Source of the DNA: a virus
IMG/VR virus record: IMGVR_UViG_3300028030_000007
Span: 24,342-88,341 of that record
DNA: 64,000 bases
Reading direction: 5' to 3' (one strand)
A program made the position numbers and the translations under genes. Below are positions 19,300 to 29,595 of this stretch, piece after piece. The notes under the pieces were generated by a model. That model was not told the origin of the DNA. It did not search any database and worked only from the letters and a program-made list of their open reading frames with translations. The first letter of the stretch is position 1; each line of letters begins with the position of its first letter.

Positions 19300-21086
19300 A
19301 TTTTTACCAGTTATTAAGCAAAGTAAAAGCGGGAGGTTATAATAACATAATTCAGATGTTATATTACTATAAGGATAGAAAACCTAATGAATATAGTATA
19401 TCAGGCGATACGAATTATGCGAGTGTAGCATCATCAGCTAACCCATATCCTATGCTAATAGGATTAGTTTCACCGGACAATACCGCTGATTTCGTCCCAT
19501 ATAGACCGATAATGAATGTAGTTAGTCCAAGATTGTCAGCACTTCATACGGGGTCTGGAGGTGGAAAAACAGAAGTAGTTAAAATGGAGTATGAATTTGC
19601 TCGTTACACTGATATAGTAAACGAAATATCAGCAAAGGTATACGCTTGTACAGAAAGCAGACCTAGCCAAGCAACTATAAAATTGTTACTAGCTCAAATA
19701 ATGATAGAAAATGGAGCTATAAGGAAATTTAACCCGAACGGTGGTATACAAGTACCAAATTATAACATGGCGTCGATACATGCTGGTAAACCAGGATCAT
19801 TTCATGAAACTCTTACATGTGGTATCCATGGTGACATTAGTACAAGAGGTGTAGCTAACGCCAGACAAATTAAAAAATGGTTTGACTCCGGTGAATGCCC
19901 TAACTTATTTAATGATGCACTACCAGTTAAGTTAAAAGGCGCTGCTAAGGATGCTTTAAAAGAAAAAGAGAAAAAGTTAATTGATAAGTATAACAGTGAG
20001 ACTGATGCTAAAAAAAAGAAAAAGATAGGTGAAGAACTTGATCAAGTAAAATCTGACATTGAGTATAGAGACCAGATGAATACATTTGGATCATCTAGTA
20101 GTAATAATCAAAGTGTTGATGGCACAGGTAGCATATCAAAACAACCGAAACCAGTCGGAAAAGCTTTTCTTTCTATAGACACACAGGGTGCTAAGGCTTA
20201 TCCAACGTATTTTAAATCATTCGATAGTCTTGGCGATGGTATGGCATATTATATTAACCTACTGTGTAATGTATACCCTGACGCCATGAAGGCTACATCT
20301 TCAGATGAATTTGTTGAAGGTTTAGTTAACGGTAAAAAGACTAAAGATGGTAGAGCACGAAGTTATATGGATGCTGGTGCTAAAAACCATTATAAGCAAT
20401 CAATAGATATAAGATTAGAAGAAATAAATAAAAATATTGATCAGTTAGGTATATCTGATGGTAATACAACGATGGAAAGCGCTACATTAATAACTAGTGG
20501 TGAAAATGCTACGAAATTAACTGGTGATGGTGATAGAGCTTGGCTAGATAGTAAAATAGCGACAATTGACATGGATAGGGTACTGGTTGAGGCTAATAAC
20601 AATCTGTGGATAAATTCTCAGATAAATATAATAGACAACACTCCATTTTTACGTTTGTTGGTTAACCCAGATCGAATATCAATAGCTAGGGTGTCTAATG
20701 TTAACCCAAATATTAAAACTAGGTATGGAAACATAATAGCGACATGGTTTGATCAACCAATAAAAATACAAGCTAATGGTCAAACGGCTACTCAGTATAT
20801 AATAACAGAAGATTTAAGTGGTGGAATTACTACAAGATATAGGGTACATACAATAAGTTATGCTAATTTAATGAGTTTGATTAGGATATATAGAAGTAAT
20901 GGAATAATATACTCAAAATCAGATCCACCGATCCCAGTAGCTATCGGTAATGCGGTTATTATATATGATAACGTAGCTTATTTTGGGAAATTTGATCAGT
21001 TATCGATCGATGACGACGCCGAGAACACGGCAAACATGAAGTATAGTTTTTCGTTCACTGTGAATTATACCCTTCAAAGTCAGTAA
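19296..21086 (+). CDS. Baseplate protein: GH73/FlgJ-like muramidase domain fused to a second tube-initiator domain
   Basis: LLLAQIMIENG...YNMASI...YFKSFDSLGDGMAYYINLL...Y..A...FVEGL...Y. The C-terminal ~150 aa are paralogous to 18763..19299. Confidence 0.6.
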   Translation: MNFYQLLSKVKAGGYNNIIQMLYYYKDRKPNEYSISGDTNYASVASSANPYPMLIGLVSPDNTADFVPYRPIMNVVSPRLSALHTGSGGGKTEVVKMEYEFARYTDIVNEISAKVYACTESRPSQATIKLLLAQIMIENGAIRKFNPNGGIQVPNYNMASIHAGKPGSFHETLTCGIHGDISTRGVANARQIKKWFDSGECPNLFNDALPVKLKGAAKDALKEKEKKLIDKYNSETDAKKKKKIGEELDQVKSDIEYRDQMNTFGSSSSNNQSVDGTGSISKQPKPVGKAFLSIDTQGAKAYPTYFKSFDSLGDGMAYYINLLCNVYPDAMKATSSDEFVEGLVNGKKTKDGRARSYMDAGAKNHYKQSIDIRLEEINKNIDQLGISDGNTTMESATLITSGENATKLTGDGDRAWLDSKIATIDMDRVLVEANNNLWINSQINIIDNTPFLRLLVNPDRISIARVSNVNPNIKTRYGNIIATWFDQPIKIQANGQTATQYIITEDLSGGITTRYRVHTISYANLMSLIRIYRSNGIIYSKSDPPIPVAIGNAVIIYDNVAYFGKFDQLSIDDDAENTANMKYSFSFTVNYTLQSQ

Positions 21087-21738
21087 GTTTTACTATTGTT
21101 TTCTTTCTGTCTTTGATTATGCTAATAGTATTGCCATCCCCTGTTAATACTGTATCGACAGGATCATGTGATGTATCAAACAGTGAATAGCCAACATTTC
21201 CTTTATGCGTGTGTCTATATAGTATAAGATTTTCTTTTGACCTTTTCCTTATGATAAAGATTCCTCCATTGTTCATTGAGTATACATTACCATAATAAAA
21301 TGACAGTCTTTTAACGTCAACGGAAAATACGCTTCTGCTCACGCTTTTGAAATCAACGATTCCTACTTTTTCCCATCTTGTGTTGTCAAGCTTATGTAAG
21401 TACAGTCCCAATTCTGAGTACAGTTCATGATACATAAGCCCCCATCCATTCAAATCATCATATAGTCCGGACAGTTGTGGCCTGATGTCGTTTTTTACAC
21501 AGATTTCCTTATACTTTCCCTTCGGGATATTGGTTAATGATGGTGATCTTAAGGTATTTCCGTTTACGTTATATCCTAACCTATTGTTTGGCTCGTTAGC
21601 GAACTTAAACCACAGTAATTTTAGTCTTTCATAGCTATGATTTGAATTCGTAATCCAGCTTCTTCCCTCTTTTGATCGCATAAACTCAGTGAAAAACTGT
21701 TCTTTATTGATCGACAACTTTTCTTTAGATTTTTCCAT
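21055..21738 (-). CDS. Hypothetical protein inserted antisense in the tail operon
   Basis: 227-aa ORF filling the gap; TGTAATGT 7 nt upstream of its ATG. Confidence 0.7.
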   Translation of the reverse strand: MEKSKEKLSINKEQFFTEFMRSKEGRSWITNSNHSYERLKLLWFKFANEPNNRLGYNVNGNTLRSPSLTNIPKGKYKEICVKNDIRPQLSGLYDDLNGWGLMYHELYSELGLYLHKLDNTRWEKVGIVDFKSVSRSVFSVDVKRLSFYYGNVYSMNNGGIFIIRKRSKENLILYRHTHKGNVGYSLFDTSHDPVDTVLTGDGNTISIIKDRKKTIVKLTDFEGYNSQ

Positions 21739-21745
21739 AACGTGT

Positions 21746-21753
21746 ACATTACA
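21746..21753 (-). promoter_or_regulatory. TGTANNNT motif, 7 nt before ATG 21738
   Basis: TGTAATGT-acacgtt-ATG. Confidence 0.55.
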
Positions 21754-21812
21754 TTTAAATACCGGGTTATTATGGACTGTTTAATGTGTATCGTTTTGTT
21801 GAAGGTTAAAAA

Positions 21813-24800
21813 ATGAATAGACCGTTCATATCGCTCGCTCCAGACGCCTACATATCACTTCAAGGAAGCACAGACACGGTAACGTGTGGGAAGTGTCAAG
21901 TAAAAGTAGACTTCAATAAATTTGTTACAAGTATATCAACAGATTGTGATGTAAACTCTCCTCCAGGGTCGGCATCCATACAGATGCAAATTCCTGATAC
22001 AGAACTAAATCAGTTCATGATTGATGATGAGTTTATAGTAAAACCTATGATGGAGATAGAAATATTTGGCAAGGGATACTATAGCATAGGTGGAACGCCA
22101 CGTTATTACAGGATCTTTTGGGGTCTTGTGATGAATATAAATAAAAGTTGGTCAAATGGCGTAACAAATATAAGTATATCATGTAGTGATATGTTAAAAT
22201 GGTGGGAACTTACATATGCTGTTATGAATCCTGCGTATATCACCCCAGAAGGATCATCGGCTGGAAACTTTCAATTTTGGGGTAACAAATTAGCGGGAAT
22301 GAACCCGTATGCTGTTATAATAGCCATGGCAAAAGATAGCATGAGCGATTTTTTGCTTACTACCGGATCTTTTACATCATATAAGCCTGAAATAGGTCCG
22401 GAAAAAAGAGCTATTGGCAAGTATATGCTTGAGGCCATGGAATATTGGCAACTTAAATTTGGAGAAATATGGAATAACCTGGTTCTTTATGGCGTATCCG
22501 GAACCCCATATCAATTTACTGATAGTATGATAGGTAGGTCGCCTGTTTTCCTATCAAAGAGTATATTTGAAAATGAAATGAGCCATACCCTTTTCAATAG
22601 AGAGACAACGCGATTTAGAATACAGCCTACGGAAGTAGCAGCGTATAAAAGAGAATTGGCTCGTGTTGTTGATATTAAATTTTTTCAACAAGAAGCTCAA
22701 ACCAAACTTCAAATAGCTCAAACGGCTCGCGATCAGATAATGTACGAATTTTATCAGGATCCAAATGGGACAATAATATTTAAACCACCGTTTTATAACA
22801 TGAACGTAATACCGAATAAACCAGTATCATGGATCAATGATTTCGAAATAATGCAGGAACAAATAACAGAGTCAGGAAATGAGGTATATACACATGTTAC
22901 GTCAAATGGTCATGCATTTGGCGGAATTATGGATTATGGGATGAATGATGAAATTTTGACACCAAATACAGGAGTGATCGATTATCATCTTCTAAAACAA
23001 TTTGGGTGGAGAAAGACTAACGTAGTTTGTGAGTGGTGTGGAAATCCAAGAAAACTTTTCTATTATCTACTAGATTATTTGGATCGCCAAAATTCAAAGA
23101 GAGTTTCCGGATCTTTTACTATTCCGATGAGACCTGAACTTCGACCCGGTTTTCCAATATGGGTTCCTTCGCATGATGCATTTTATTACATACGATCGAT
23201 TTCTCATGCTTATTCTATAGGTGGACAGGCTACTACTACAATAAACGTGATAGCTAAGAGGGGTAAATTTATAGCGCCTAAAAATATAGGAATGATGACA
23301 TCACACGTTATTCATAAACCTCCAGAGAAAAAACTTAGCAGAAGAGAGGAAATGGAAAAGGCCAAAAGGGAAAAACAAAAAACAAATAGGATGTCCGGCA
23401 ATAAATATTTTGCATATAATAAGGAAAAACAAAGAAAAGCTAGGTGGGCGAAAGAAAAGCATGAAGCTAGAGGAAATAATCTAGCATTTAAAATTACGTT
23501 TCCTGAAGACGTTGGATCATCGATCGGTTTCACATCTGGAGACAAATCATCTGGTGACGCTAACGCTCCCATGATAATAAGGGATCCTGAAACCGGAAAG
23601 ATAATGGGATATCCGAATGTTGTTATGGTATATAGAAGGTCGCTTGACAATGTAAGAAGAGCCAGACTAAAAGAAGAAACACAGCTTAAAACATACGGAA
23701 AAAGTGCTAAATTTAAGGGACAGAAAAAGTATTCATTACCAAATTATACATATGACGCTACTGTTGGTAGAACAGCCAGAATGATAGCAACAGATAAAAA
23801 AGAAAAAATAGTAGAACAGTTAAGAAATAATAGATATGAAATAGGGTTTGATAATTCAGGACTCTATGATTATGCAGTTGATAAATCAAAGATCATAAAT
23901 GAAATCACAGTAGTTAACGCTTCATCAGTTACATGGGGTGATGAAAGTGCGGCTCCTCAGGGATATTCATCATATAGTGATCCAAAATTAAAGGAGATGA
24001 AGGAGAAACTATCAAAAAGAAAGAACGATATAATACAAGAGATTAAACTAGCTAAAAAACAAAAATCCGCACTTGAAAAACAAAAATCTAAGGCATACAG
24101 AAATCTAGCAATAGTAAAGGGTAAATGGAAAGGCTTACGTGATGAGAAAAAAATTGCGGAAAAACCAGATGTTAAAAAAGCTAGTGAAGATGTTAAATCA
24201 ATAAGTGATAAAACAAATGATATAAATGATAAATTAATAAAACTAAAAGAAGAATATAGTGACATAATGTTTAGCTTAAGTAACGTGGGTTATGGAGCTA
24301 AAGATATAAACATAGTGATAAGACCAGTTTCGGATGAATTTGGATTCGAGGTTATAGGACATAATAGATACGGAAGAGGATCATTCATAGATATAGGCAG
24401 ACTTCGCGTTGAAAGTTTGGATGAAAGTAATGGATCTAGCAAGCCAAGTACGGAAGAAGTGAATAATATTAGAATACAATTTGCAGCCGGATCATCCATG
24501 GCTAGTATGTCAGATCCCATGACGTCCCATAATTTTTCCGCTGTTAAATCGGCTGAAATGTTGAATGAACTTCAACCATCAGATTACAAAACAGGGGCGT
24601 CAGCGTACTCTGGAGATAAGATAAACTTCACAAATAGCAGAACGTACACAGATCAAATAAACAGAGAGCGAACGTACGCCGGTAAAGTTATCTATGCAGA
24701 CGTTGACTCAATAATGAAAGCTAAGGGCTTAGATCAACTAAAACCGACAATAAATAAAGATATTTATATGACAGCCGATTGTGATTGTGGGATGATGAAG

Positions 24801-25142
24801 AGAGGTATTCTTGACATATTGCCCAAGTCAACGATAAAACAAATCTTGACTAGAAAACCAGAACTTAACGATAGTGCGATAAAAAGTTTGAAAGCAGAAA
24901 AAGAACAGCTTAAAAAAGAACTTGAAGATGCAAGAATAGAGGGTTGTATAATTGAAGATGGTGGAGTTGAAGATGCGTGTACAATAATAGAAAAACAAAT
25001 AGCGATAATAGATAAAAAGATAAGAGATAACACCACACAAAGTGTAACGTCAGCAGTAGTGACACAGAAGAGTTTCGTGGACGCGATCAATGAACATCTA
25101 ACGCGCGTTCTAGAACAAGCAGCGAAAAAGGCTAATAAATGA
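21813..25142 (+). CDS. Baseplate hub protein (gp27/VgrG-like) with long coiled-coil insertions
   Basis: PGSASIQM...PMMEIEIFGKG...FWGLV...ISCSDMLKWW; YEFYQDPNGTIIFKPPFYN; FGWR; GSFTIPMRPELRPGFPI...YYIRSISH. Confidence 0.8.
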   Translation: MNRPFISLAPDAYISLQGSTDTVTCGKCQVKVDFNKFVTSISTDCDVNSPPGSASIQMQIPDTELNQFMIDDEFIVKPMMEIEIFGKGYYSIGGTPRYYRIFWGLVMNINKSWSNGVTNISISCSDMLKWWELTYAVMNPAYITPEGSSAGNFQFWGNKLAGMNPYAVIIAMAKDSMSDFLLTTGSFTSYKPEIGPEKRAIGKYMLEAMEYWQLKFGEIWNNLVLYGVSGTPYQFTDSMIGRSPVFLSKSIFENEMSHTLFNRETTRFRIQPTEVAAYKRELARVVDIKFFQQEAQTKLQIAQTARDQIMYEFYQDPNGTIIFKPPFYNMNVIPNKPVSWINDFEIMQEQITESGNEVYTHVTSNGHAFGGIMDYGMNDEILTPNTGVIDYHLLKQFGWRKTNVVCEWCGNPRKLFYYLLDYLDRQNSKRVSGSFTIPMRPELRPGFPIWVPSHDAFYYIRSISHAYSIGGQATTTINVIAKRGKFIAPKNIGMMTSHVIHKPPEKKLSRREEMEKAKREKQKTNRMSGNKYFAYNKEKQRKARWAKEKHEARGNNLAFKITFPEDVGSSIGFTSGDKSSGDANAPMIIRDPETGKIMGYPNVVMVYRRSLDNVRRARLKEETQLKTYGKSAKFKGQKKYSLPNYTYDATVGRTARMIATDKKEKIVEQLRNNRYEIGFDNSGLYDYAVDKSKIINEITVVNASSVTWGDESAAPQGYSSYSDPKLKEMKEKLSKRKNDIIQEIKLAKKQKSALEKQKSKAYRNLAIVKGKWKGLRDEKKIAEKPDVKKASEDVKSISDKTNDINDKLIKLKEEYSDIMFSLSNVGYGAKDINIVIRPVSDEFGFEVIGHNRYGRGSFIDIGRLRVESLDESNGSSKPSTEEVNNIRIQFAAGSSMASMSDPMTSHNFSAVKSAEMLNELQPSDYKTGASAYSGDKINFTNSRTYTDQINRERTYAGKVIYADVDSIMKAKGLDQLKPTINKDIYMTADCDCGMMKRGILDILPKSTIKQILTRKPELNDSAIKSLKAEKEQLKKELEDARIEGCIIEDGGVEDACTIIEKQIAIIDKKIRDNTTQSVTSAVVTQKSFVDAINEHLTRVLEQAAKKANK

Positions 25143-26422
25143 AGAAAAACTACGTGATCGATACTAACGTTCTTATTCATGACCCTGACTGTATATACAA
25201 ATTTGAAGATAATAACGTATACATACCGATATACGTTATTGAAGAAGTAGATAATTTCAAAAAAGAGTCTTCTGAGAGAGGAAGAAATGCAAGAAGGGTA
25301 ATACGGATCATAGATGGTATGTTATCATCGAATGATAGACTAGAAAACGTTAGTATAAATGATGGACAACTTTTCCTTTATGTTCCTGATTTTCTAAATT
25401 TCGATACAAAGGTTGCTGTAGACAGTAATAAATATGACTATAGAATATTACAAACTGCTATTGAAATAAAACAAAAATCAGATTTGAAAACCATAATGGT
25501 ATCTATGGACGCTAATCTAAGGGTTAGAGCCCAAGCTATGAAACTTCCATCACAGAATTATAAAAATAACTCTGTTAGTGTGAATTCAATAAAGAAAGAT
25601 TATGAAATACACTATGTTGATGATAATACAATAGATCTTCTTTACTCAAAACAAACAGTTAACATTCCCTCATTGCAATTAAAAAACAATGAGTATGTAA
25701 AACTCATATCATCAGAAAACGGATCTAAAACGGTCCTTTGTAGAAATCTTCCTGGGGGACAATTATCAAGAATACAAACAAGTTCCGAAATTTGTGGAAT
25801 AAAACCACTTAATATGGAACAACATTTTGCACTTGACGCTTTGCTAGATCCGGCGGTAAACTTTGTAACGCTGATAGGGAAAGCTGGAACAGGAAAGACG
25901 TTGTTGGCTCTAGCTGCAGCTTTTCAAGGTGTAAAAAGAAAGCAATATACATCAATACTCGTAGCACGACCGGTAATCCCTATGGGTAAAGATATAGGAT
26001 ACATACCGGGGGATATCAATGAAAAAATGCAGCCGTGGATGCAGCCTATTTATGATAACATTGACATATTATCTATGAATGATAATGAAGACTATAATTT
26101 GTATTTCAATGATGGAACGATAAAAATAGAGCCTCTTACCTATATAAGAGGTAGAAGTATACCGAATCAATACATGATAATAGATGAGTCACAGAATCTT
26201 ACCCCTCATGAGGTAAAAACAATACTAACTAGGGCTGGTGATGGGACTAAAATAGTTCTTACCGGCGATCCAAATCAGATAGACAACCCATACATGGATT
26301 CAACATCAAACGGTCTTTCCGTTACGATGAAAAAGTTTTTAGGGAATGAAATATTTGCTAGTGTCGTTTTGCATAAGAGTGAAAGAAGTAAACTAGCCGA
26401 TATTGCCGCTTCCATTCTCTAA
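25139..26422 (+). CDS. phoH: PhoH-family protein with N-terminal PIN domain (PhoH2/YlaK type)
   Basis: PIN YVIDTNVLIHDP; Walker A GKAGTGKT; DIGYIPGDINEKMQPW; YIRGRS; IIDESQN; LTGDPNQID; SERS. Confidence 0.95.
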   Translation: MKKNYVIDTNVLIHDPDCIYKFEDNNVYIPIYVIEEVDNFKKESSERGRNARRVIRIIDGMLSSNDRLENVSINDGQLFLYVPDFLNFDTKVAVDSNKYDYRILQTAIEIKQKSDLKTIMVSMDANLRVRAQAMKLPSQNYKNNSVSVNSIKKDYEIHYVDDNTIDLLYSKQTVNIPSLQLKNNEYVKLISSENGSKTVLCRNLPGGQLSRIQTSSEICGIKPLNMEQHFALDALLDPAVNFVTLIGKAGTGKTLLALAAAFQGVKRKQYTSILVARPVIPMGKDIGYIPGDINEKMQPWMQPIYDNIDILSMNDNEDYNLYFNDGTIKIEPLTYIRGRSIPNQYMIIDESQNLTPHEVKTILTRAGDGTKIVLTGDPNQIDNPYMDSTSNGLSVTMKKFLGNEIFASVVLHKSERSKLADIAASIL

Positions 26423-26725
26423 CTTTTTTAGTATGATGTCTATAGCGTTGTCTGGTGATATAAGCATAACATTTGTCTCTATGTTCCCATTTTCTCTTAG
26501 CATATGACTCACAGATTCTATCTTTAGTTTAATTATTATATTTTCATCTATGCTTATATTCTTTGGATGTTTCTCATTTATGAACGCTAACATTTTCTTG
26601 TCATCTGTTTTAAACTCCGTGTAAAAATCTTCACCGATGTGTACGTTATATAGATCCTTCACTGTCCATGAAAGCCCATTCACTATCGTACCGTTTGTAT
26701 AACACACGTTTACAGTAGTTTCCAT
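26393..26725 (-). CDS. Hypothetical protein (antisense insertion)
   Basis: 110-aa ORF convergent with phoH; TGTATAGT upstream on the minus strand at 26764-26771. Confidence 0.55.
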   Translation of the reverse strand: METTVNVCYTNGTIVNGLSWTVKDLYNVHIGEDFYTEFKTDDKKMLAFINEKHPKNISIDENIIIKLKIESVSHMLRENGNIETNVMLISPDNAIDIILKKLENGSGNIG

Positions 26726-26807
26726 TTTTAACCGACCTAACTAAAAAATTATTATTCAAAGTTACTATACATTAGTTATGATGTGTGTACAGTAGGGTAA
26801 GTATATC

Positions 26808-29006
26808 ATGAATGACGCACCGTTTATTGTAACAGATGACTTTGAATTATACGACAGATTAAGTAATAACCCAAAGCAGTTCATAACAAGTGGTTTCATA
26901 ACGTATATAGATAATGAAACCATGAAATGTTCTGTACGAATGGATGACAATAATGAGTATATAGGTGTTCCAATATACATGTCCGGGGCTGGTCCTAGGT
27001 CTCAGTTTACTTTGATGCCAGAATTGGGGTCTAAGGTACTCGTTGGATGGAAACAGTCAGGAAGACGCCTTGTCGAGCCAGTAATACTAGGTTATGTGAA
27101 TACCGGTATTTATCAATCTAAAGATTTTAAACCATTTTCTGTCGGATCACCTGAAGAAATTAAAAATATACTGAATGAATTCCCTGATTTAGGTGACATA
27201 GGTGCTTTGAACCTAGGTGTTACTCGTCTAAAATCTAAAAAAGTAAACTCCGGTGACGTGTTAGCACTGTCGTCGAAGGGGTCAGATCTTACGTTAGACA
27301 AAAATTTCTATTTGTCATCCAGAGACGGGCAAGAGATTTTCACAACAGACGATTCTGTAATTCATCGGATTAAAAATACGTTCGTTTCTGGATCTCATGG
27401 ATATGAACGAAAGGGAATTATAAAAAGGTCCGGGTTTAATCTACCACCCGATTTAATAATGTCTGGTCAGGAGACCGATGGAGAGATTAACGGAAAAGAT
27501 ATCGAAGATTATATAAATGAAAATATAGACGGTAATGGTGAGTTTAATGTAAAAAAGATTGATATAAACTCTCCGGCATTCAGGAAACTCTCCCAATTTG
27601 GTTTAGTGGATACTGAGGGAAATGTACTAATAGATTATGATAAAGAGCACAAATCATATCCATATGTTACAACTCCGTCAGGAAATCGAGTATCATATGT
27701 TCATAATATGTTCCCAGATTCTGAGTATGATGATACTAAAGAAATGTATGTGGAGAATAGGCTAGAACTATTTCATACAGATGACGGTTCCCTGAAAGTC
27801 AACGAAGAGACTGACGGATTTCAAATTGACCATCCCCTGCAACGTGTGTTTATAACAGATGTGGTAGGCACGGTAGTCGGAAACGACGCTTATTCAAAAC
27901 AAGGGAGACAACTTTATAAGAAAATATTGTCGGCTTCACTTTTCACTGATCCCAGTGGATGGGTTAGCCCTGATAAAAAACCGGCGTTGGAACCGATTGA
28001 CATGATACACCACAAAAGTTGGTGTGATTCAACCGCATTAGCTAAATACTTTAGTATAAAAGCTCCGGAAGATTCATCAAATGAATATGTGTTTGGTGTT
28101 ACAAAAGAGGGTAGGGTATTCCTTCACGTTCCAAAAAGTAAAACAGGGAACGTGGATCAGATAGGCAAATCCGTTGATATGACAGTTTCCGGGCTCATTA
28201 ACGCGGTGATAGGAAGTGATACAGACGGTAAATCACTTCGAATGAAAACGTCAGGTGGTATGGAACTTGACATAGGAACGTTTAAAGACGATGAAAATAA
28301 AAACATCTCTCTTGACGTTAAGCTTAGGGGAAGGGTAAATTTAGCCTATCTTGGGGCGGAAGCTGTAGAAACCACATACGGCGGTGATAACGTAAACAGC
28401 GTCGCTGGTAGAAGTGCTAACATTGTTGGTGGCGATAGCATAAACATAACATCAGCAAGACATGTGATTCAAGCTGAAAGAATAGAAAATAACGCCAGTA
28501 GTATGGCTTCCATGATCGGCGGATCTACGCATTTAACGGTGCTTGGCAATGCAAATCAATACTACGGTATGCAAAAATCAACGACTTTAGCGTTAGGTCG
28601 TTCAGAAAAAATGCTAACTGGAACAGACTCTCAGATAATACTTGCCGGTGCAAAATCACTTAATATGATAAGTGGGTCATTCTCAGAAAACATAGCCGCA
28701 GGGTCTAAAACAGTTAATGTTGGAACTGGTAATTTTTCAGCTACAGTAGGAGCTGGTAATCTGTCGATGACAGTAGGAGCCGGGTCACTTTCCCTTTCAA
28801 CTGGTGGAGGATCTTCAAGTATACAATCTGCAATTATGACAAACGTAACAAGCGGAGCAGTAACAAACATAACATCGCCGCTTGTTAGAATAGGAATGGT
28901 AGGATCGTTTGGATCTGTTTCTGGCATCCCAGGCCCTCCTGGTCCACATATTGATTATGTAACTGGAGTTCCAATAATGGGTATGTCAACAATACTCGTT
29001 GGTTAG
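26808..29006 (+). CDS. Central spike protein (gp5/gpV/VgrG-like)
   Basis: OB-fold N-terminus GFITYID...MPELGSKVLVGW...PVILGY; C-terminal Gly-spaced beta-helix repeats (VGTGNFSATVGAGNLSMTVGAGSLSL). Confidence 0.8.
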   Translation: MNDAPFIVTDDFELYDRLSNNPKQFITSGFITYIDNETMKCSVRMDDNNEYIGVPIYMSGAGPRSQFTLMPELGSKVLVGWKQSGRRLVEPVILGYVNTGIYQSKDFKPFSVGSPEEIKNILNEFPDLGDIGALNLGVTRLKSKKVNSGDVLALSSKGSDLTLDKNFYLSSRDGQEIFTTDDSVIHRIKNTFVSGSHGYERKGIIKRSGFNLPPDLIMSGQETDGEINGKDIEDYINENIDGNGEFNVKKIDINSPAFRKLSQFGLVDTEGNVLIDYDKEHKSYPYVTTPSGNRVSYVHNMFPDSEYDDTKEMYVENRLELFHTDDGSLKVNEETDGFQIDHPLQRVFITDVVGTVVGNDAYSKQGRQLYKKILSASLFTDPSGWVSPDKKPALEPIDMIHHKSWCDSTALAKYFSIKAPEDSSNEYVFGVTKEGRVFLHVPKSKTGNVDQIGKSVDMTVSGLINAVIGSDTDGKSLRMKTSGGMELDIGTFKDDENKNISLDVKLRGRVNLAYLGAEAVETTYGGDNVNSVAGRSANIVGGDSINITSARHVIQAERIENNASSMASMIGGSTHLTVLGNANQYYGMQKSTTLALGRSEKMLTGTDSQIILAGAKSLNMISGSFSENIAAGSKTVNVGTGNFSATVGAGNLSMTVGAGSLSLSTGGGSSSIQSAIMTNVTSGAVTNITSPLVRIGMVGSFGSVSGIPGPPGPHIDYVTGVPIMGMSTILVG

Positions 29007-29013
29007 AATAAAT

Positions 29014-29595
29014 ATGCCGATTAGCCTTCCAACATTTGTTTCTTCATTTGAAACATCATTAAGATCTAGTGGACTTAATGGTTCAATGATTTCACAAATG
29101 TCTACTGCATTAGGTAGTGGTATGGCATCTATTATGGCAACGTCTGTTCAAGTATCTACCGTCGATGCAGGAACTAGTGGTGTTGGGACCGGTTATATGG
29201 TGGGAATAATAACAACAAAGAAAACAGATTATACACAAATGGTATCAAACCTTCATTCAAATGGAGTGAGTGGATCGTACGCTAATAATCTAGCTAATGC
29301 ATTGAGTGATGGTGTATTAAAAAATTTACTTTCTTGCGCTGTTAGTACTACGCATCCTATTGTTGGTAGTGGAAGTGGCACTGTTAAATTTACTATGAAT
29401 CCACTGCAGGCGTTACCAATACTTCAGCAGTCTATGGCTAGTAGTGGTATTAATGGTGAAAGTTCAATGAAAATTGCTAACGCTTTTGTTTTCTCTCTCA
29501 GTTCCATACTGAGTTTAACCTCTATGATCATTCCAATAGTTGGTCCAACCGGTGGCGTTTCGTTTACTGGAATTGGTAGTGGAAAAATAGTATGA
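29014..29595 (+). CDS. Ser/Gly-rich baseplate protein, possibly spike-associated
   Basis: Follows the spike gene and has an internal two-fold repeat. ATG 29014 preferred over the track TTG at 28999. Confidence 0.55.
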   Translation: MPISLPTFVSSFETSLRSSGLNGSMISQMSTALGSGMASIMATSVQVSTVDAGTSGVGTGYMVGIITTKKTDYTQMVSNLHSNGVSGSYANNLANALSDGVLKNLLSCAVSTTHPIVGSGSGTVKFTMNPLQALPILQQSMASSGINGESSMKIANAFVFSLSSILSLTSMIIPIVGPTGGVSFTGIGSGKIV

